Program-made: the position numbers and the translations under genes
Origin: Eledone cirrhosa
Lineage: Eukaryota
Length of the DNA stretch: 64,000 bases
Assembly (NCBI GenBank): GCA_964016885.1
Contig: OZ024748.1
Span: 12,400,001 to 12,464,000, forward strand
Direction: 5' to 3'
The notes under the pieces: model-generated
What the model was told of the DNA's origin: nothing
The model's database searches: none
What the model saw: the letters and a program-made list of their open reading frames with translations, nothing else
Part shown: positions 57,636 to 64,000 of the stretch, one piece after another
How positions within the stretch are numbered: position 1 is the stretch's first letter
Layout: every line of letters begins with the position of its first letter

Positions 57636-58311
57636 TACTGTCAACATCTAAAGCATCACTATGAATGTGACCACCACCACAACCATCACCACTAGCACTA
57701 TAAACACCACCACTAATACACCCCCACATCACTACTGCTATTACTTCTACTACTCCCCACCACCACTACTAGCTATACCCCCATCACTACTACTGCTACT
57801 ACTATTACTACTATTCCCCACCACTACTACCTATACCCCCATCACTACTACTACTACTACTACCCAACTCCCATCACCCACCCACCACCACTCACCACCC
57901 TCACCACTCACCACCCTCACCACTCACCACCACTCACCAGCCTCACCACTCACCACCCTCACCACTCACCACCCACCACCACTCACCACCCACCACTACT
58001 CACCACCCTCACCACCCTCACCACTCACCACCCACCACCACTCACCACCACCACCACCACCATTCTATTTTCCTCAGTTAATAATCAAAGAAGACAGATA
58101 TATCAATTGATACCCAGCCAATTGGCAGTGATGGCCACCAAGCCCCTCCCCCTTACTCCTCTTCTCCACCACATCACAACTACCAAAATATATTTTTTAT
58201 TTATTCTATGTTCACTTCCAGCTCAGATTTTATTTCGATGAGAAATAATATATTCATTTACTGGTTTGTCATTAGACTGTGGCCATGCTGGGGCATTACC
58301 TCGAAGTAATT

Positions 58312-59736
58312 TACTCTCAGACGTCAAATAATCACCCCCCCCCCTGCTTACTAATCCCCCCCCCCCCCCCCCCCCCTTCCCTGCTTATTAATTTTCAGTT
58401 CCCCATCCTACTCCTCGCTTATTAAATTTTGCTAATCTATCTCTGGCTAAATTTTATTTTAAGTGGTAGCATTCTTGCGACAATTAATTTTCTTTATACA
58501 TTAAAAAAAACTATTATACATTTACAAGGGCGGTGGATTGTCAGTGTCGGTAGAGCGTCGGACCGGACATCATGCTTTGATGCATAGTTACGCCCCTTTC
58601 CATTCTGAGTTCAAATCCCACCGAGGTTAACTTTGCCTTTCAACCTTATGGGGTCGATAAAATGAAGTACCAGTAATGCACTGGGATAATTGCTGGCCTT
58701 ATGCCAAAATTATACATTTATAAGAAAAATACATTAATATATAAGTATGTATACGTACATACATATATGTGTACAGACGCGCAGTAGTATGTATCATCAT
58801 CATCTTCGTTTAATGTCCATATTCCACGCTCGCACGGGTTTGGACGGGAGTTTTCCCACTTGAGGCAAGAGTGGTTGTCTTGCTCGCATAGGACTGTCTG
58901 GCGGGTTTTCTACGGCTGGATGCCCTTCCTAACACCAACCACATGTACAGTGTGGAACTGGGAGGTTTTTACCGTGTTGCCTACACGGCCACATTACAGC
59001 GTGGACTATCTGGTGGGTTTTCTACGGCTGGATGCCCTTCCTAACACCAACCACATTTACAGTGTGGAACTGGGAGGTTTTTACCGTGTTACCTACACGG
59101 CCACATTACAGCGTGGACTGTGTGTTTTTTTGTTGTGACACCTACACGACCTCATTTGTTTCGGGCTGGATGTTGTGGTACCAACATAACTTTACATATA
59201 TATATATATATACATACATGCACACATATATATATGTACGTATGGGTTTACCGAACATTTATTATAATGTCGTATACATACTTATATTTAGGTATCAGCC
59301 GTACTAAGAGTGAGAAATGAAATTTCGTTTCATTCTTTTCCACAATACATTAATACATTACAAGAAATCTCATAAGTTATAAAATAAATACGATGGGTTG
59401 GGGACTCAATATGCAAACTAAACAACTAATTCTGGTATTTTAAAAAATCAACAAAGACAACCTAGAAAAATTACTCACCCCCCCCGTTACCCCCCCGTTT
59501 ACCCCCCCACGTTTATCCCCCGCCCTGCTTATTCTACCCCCCACTTATTCCAACAACCGCCTACCTTATTCCAACACACCCCACTTATTCCAACAACCCC
59601 CTACCTTATTCCAACACCCCCCACTTATTCCAACAACCCCCTACCTTATTCCAACACACCCCACTTATTCCAACAACCCCCTATCTTATTCCAACGCCCC
59701 AGCTTATTCACCCCGCTATTATTTGGGACCCGAGAA
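58312..59736. mobile_element. Old DNA-transposon-like element with nested SINEs (58527-58712 +, 58793-59193 -) and subterminal CTTATTCCAAC array
   Basis: Imperfect TIRs CTCTCAGACGTCAAATAAT / ATTATTTGGGACCCGAGA; CTTATT motifs near both ends. Confidence 0.45.
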
Positions 59737-59778
59737 CGCCAGTATTTTAATTTTGTTTTCATGTCTGGTTCTTATTAT

Positions 59779-60500
59779 GGAGGCACGTGGCCCAGTGGTA
59801 AGGGTGTTGGACTTAAAACCATAACACCATGGGTTCGGTTCTTAGACTGGGTTGTGTGTTGTGTTCTTGAGCAAAACACTTCCTTTTACCTTGCTGCAGT
59901 TATACTCAGCCGAAAATGAGTACCAACAGTAGCTGGGGGTTTAACCCTACAATAGACTGGCGTCCTGTCCAGGGGGAAGTCTTGTACTCTGTCGCTTAAC
60001 ACCAAGAAAACTGGGACAATCAATGAGCCTCTGGTCTTGAGGCAGATTTCAACCCTGCAATGGACTAGTGTCCAGTCCAAGGGGAAGTCTTGTTCTCTGT
60101 CACTTCATGCCATGGAAACCGGGATAAACACTGGTCCGATGAGCCTCTGGACTTGTGACAGACTTAAGTATTTATTATATCAATCTCTGTTTTTATTATG
60201 AACTGAACTGCTAAGTTATGTCACATGGAAGCAAGTGGCATAGTGGTAAGGGTGTTTGACTTATGACCATAATGGTGTGGGTTCAATTCCTAGACTGGGT
60301 TGTGTGTTGTGTTCTTGTGCAAAACATTTTATTTCATGTTGTTCCAGTAAACTCAACTGAACATGAGTTCCAGCAATAGCTGGGAGTTCAACCCTGCGAT
60401 GGTCTGGCGTCCTGTCCAGGGGGGAATATTATACTCTCAGTCGCTTAACACCATGGAAATCAGTATAAGCACCGGCCTGATGAGCGTCTAGGCTTGAGAC
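59779..60500 (+). mobile_element. Two tandem tRNA-derived SINEs (tail type C)
   Basis: Heads at 59779 and 60227; CCTGCGATGGTCTGGCGTCCTGTCCAGGGGG domain; first copy has a duplicated tail. Confidence 0.82.
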
Positions 60501-60520
60501 ACTTAGACTAAGTTATGAGG

Positions 60521-60594
<74 letters not shown>

Positions 60595-60597
<3 letters not shown>

Positions 60598-60850
60598 CTT
60601 CATAGCTTCATAGCCATCATTTTTGGAGCTACGGGTTATATACCAACCCGCTTGGACCAAAGTATGTCTGAACTTGGATTTGCGGACAAAAAGCGCAGCT
60701 CCCTAATTCATAGACTACAAATGGCTGCGATAGCTGGCACCTTCAAAATTTGCAAAACATTCTTGCGATTCAAGGGATGACAATTTCTTTTCTTTTACAA
60801 CCTTGCCACCAGGAAGGTGGCCGGTCAAAAAAATATACTCGAAATTAAGA
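60595..60850 (+). mobile_element. 3' end of an R4/Dong-like (restriction-like endonuclease) non-LTR retrotransposon
   Basis: 60607-60780 encodes FIAIIFGATGYIPTRLDQSMSELGF..LIHRLQMAAIAGTFKICKTFLRFKG*, matching the I..GA.G..P...LG...Q.....GT..I C-terminus; sits between CA-rich repeats. Confidence 0.7.
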
Positions 60851-61237
60851 GAAAGAGATAACACACACAACACAACACAACACACACACAGACACACACA
60901 CAGACAGACACAGACACAGACAGACACAGACACAGACACACACAGACACAGACACACACAGACACACACACTCACACTCTCTGTCTCTCTCTTTCTCTCT
61001 CTGTCTCCATTAAATATTGAGTCAGGAGAATGAGCGGTCATTAATATAGTTGAATAATAGTTTAATTAAGGCCAAGTCTGAAGTTTTGCATGTGTTTACA
61101 AGGTCGTCAGACAGACACACACACACACACACACATACACATATAAAGGCACATACATACACACTTACATTAAATATTGATAGTAACAAGAATTAGTACT
61201 TCATGGATGTCTTTACAAGGTCATCAAAGACATGCGC

Positions 61238-61783
<546 letters not shown>

Positions 61784-61904
61784 GTCTTCTGCAGTTACTG
61801 TCTATCCCTTCACAAGACATTGAATGACCTGAGGTTACGGTAGAAGACACTTTCCCAAGGTGCTGCACTGCAGGACTAAACCTGAGACTATGTGGTTACA
61901 AAGG

Positions 61905-62958
61905 AACCCTTTAGCATTTACATTACTTTATATTTACTATTGTATTTTCCACTGTAAAGGCTTTCTCACATAACATTTACATTACTCTATATTTACTATT
62001 GTATTTTCATAGTAAAGGCTTTATCTCACATAATATCTCACATAACATTTACATTACTCTATATTTACTATTGTATTTTCCACTGTAAAGGCTTTATCTC
62101 ACATAATATTTACATTTACTCTATATTTACTATTGTATTTTCCACTGTAAAGGCTTTCTCACATAACATTTACATTACTCTATATTTACTATTGTATTTT
62201 CATAGTAAAGGCTTTATCTCACATAATATCTCACATAACATTTACATTACTCTATATTTACTATTGTATTTTCACAGTAAAGGCTTTATCTCACATAATA
62301 TCTCACATAACATTTACATTACTCTATATTTACTATTGTATTTTCATAGTAAAGGCTTTATCTCACATAATATCTCGCATAATATTTACATTACTCTATA
62401 TTTACTATTATATTTTCATGGTAAAGGCTTTACCTTACATACTTATCTCACATAATATTTATATTACTCTATATTTACTATTATATTTTCATAGTAAAGG
62501 CTTTATCTCACATAATATCTCACATAACATTTACATTACTCTATATTTACTATTGTATTTTCATAGTAAAGGCTTTATCTCACATAATATCTCACATAAC
62601 ATTTACATTACTCTATATTTACTATTGTATTTTCATAGTAAAGGCTTTATCTCACATAATATCTCACATAATATTTACATTACTCTATATTTACTATTGT
62701 ATTTTCATGGTAAAGTCGTTACCTTACATACTTATCTCACATAATATTTACATTTACTCTATATTTACTATTATATTTTCATGGTAAAGTCTTTACCTCA
62801 TACAATTATCTCACATAATATTTAATCTATGAGATTTTGATTTTGTTTTGAGAACAATACCTTAACATCAGTATGAATGGCCAGTTACAACCAGTTTGAA
62901 CAGAAAGAGGTGAGAGAATTCTGGCAGGATCCAGCCGGTTTGAATGCTAAAGAGTTAA
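61905..62958 (-). mobile_element. piggyBac-type MITE family 1 with ~13 tandem copies of a 59-72-bp subterminal unit
   Basis: AACCCTTTAGCATTTA..AATGCTAAAGAGTTAA; both TIRs retained around the array. Confidence 0.88.
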
Positions 62959-63156
62959 CCATATAACCATGCCTGCACCTATATATTTTGATATTTCACC
63001 ATTATTTAATTCTGTGACTTGTTGTTGTTGTATAGCTCCTGGCTTGCCTTGATTCAGGTGTATAATCAAAGGTGCTCCAGCCATGACCATCTCACCTTCA
63101 TTTAAATAATATATCTGAGATTATATTATCCTGGTGTTGGTTACCTGTTGATTTGT

Positions 63157-64000
63157 GAAATATAGGCAACAGCTATCAGATGGGTTATGAAATATAGGCA
63201 ACAGCTGTCAGATGGGTTATGAAATATAGGCAACAGCTATCAGATGGGTTATGAAATATAGGCAACAGCTATCAGATGGGTTATGAAATATAGGCAACAG
63301 CTGTCAGATGGGTTATGAAATATAGGCAACAGCTATCAGATGGGTTATGAAATATAGGCAACAGCTATCAGATGGGTTATGAAATATAGGCAACAGCTAT
63401 CACATGGGTTATGAAATATAGGCAACAGCTGTCAGATGGGTTATGAAATATAGGCAACAGCTATCAGATGGGTTATAAAATATAGGCAACAGCTGTCAGA
63501 TGGGTTATGAAATATAGGCAACAGCTATCAGATGGGTTATGATATATCTAAACTATAATAAAGTATATTTTAATGATCAGATGGTTTACAAGATATAGGC
63601 AACAATGATCAGATAGCCATTGCTTATAATTCATAAACTATCAAATAGTTTATGAAATATAAACAACAGCTATTGGATAGTTTATGAAATATAAGCAACA
63701 GCTATTGGATAGTTTATGAAATATAAGCAACAGCTATCAGATAGTTTATGAAATATAAACAACAGCTATTGGATAGTTTATGAAATATAGGCAACAGCTA
63801 TTGGATAGTTTATGAAATATAGGCAACAGCTATCATAGTTAATGAAATATAGGCAACAACTATCATAGTTAATGAAATATAGGCAACAGCTATCATAGTT
63901 TATGAAATATAGGCAACAGCTATCGGATAGTTTATGAAATATAGGCAACAACTATCGGATAGTTTATGAAATATAGGCAACAACTATCGGATAGTTTATG
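63157..64000. repeat. 32-bp minisatellite GAAATATAGGCAACAGCTATCAGATGGGTTAT, runs off the window
   Basis: Direct reading; two sub-arrays with different variants. Confidence 0.95.

Noticed and set aside
56706-57732. Mucin-like (TTTNKNSN) or membrane-like (VVLLFLL) ORFs
   Set aside because: Trinucleotide-based minisatellite open on both strands with no splice evidence.

Overview
Eukaryotic, AT-rich, extremely microsatellite-rich DNA. The SINE families, (TA)n/(CA)n/(ACC)n load and giant-intron architecture are best explained by an octopus (coleoid cephalopod) genome; this is an inference, not a database result. Almost all long ORFs in the track are artefacts of simple repeats. I can support only one host coding exon: 53063-53214 (+), a GH31 alpha-glucosidase (GAA/MGAM/SI-like) exon missed by the ORF track, so much or all of the window may be intron. 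Mobile DNA present: a 5'-truncated CR1-clade LINE (38.8-41.5 kb, -) plus two 3' fragments; RTE and Rex3/Expander-like fragments; an R4/Dong-like 3' end; a complete 1.05-kb non-autonomous Helitron; TTAA-flanked (piggyBac-type), hAT-like and Tc1/mariner-like MITEs; and many tRNA-derived SINEs. Most noteworthy: (1) several ORF-less, (TA)n-anchored elements with hammerhead-ribozyme-like cores and self-inverted ends, including a perfect 306-bp inverted repeat around a 2.6-kb microsatellite body; (2) a discrete ~608-bp bipartite RTE-derived element retaining only a 5'UTR-like part and a C2H2-finger 3' end; (3) repeated birth of satellite arrays inside MITEs and a SINE; (4) one SINE head joined to five different tails, with a matching LINE 3' end in the window; (5) a 42-bp array carrying RFX X-box motifs; (6) a homogeneous CpG-rich 24-mer array. 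I found no CRISPR array and no clearly new protein-coding system.
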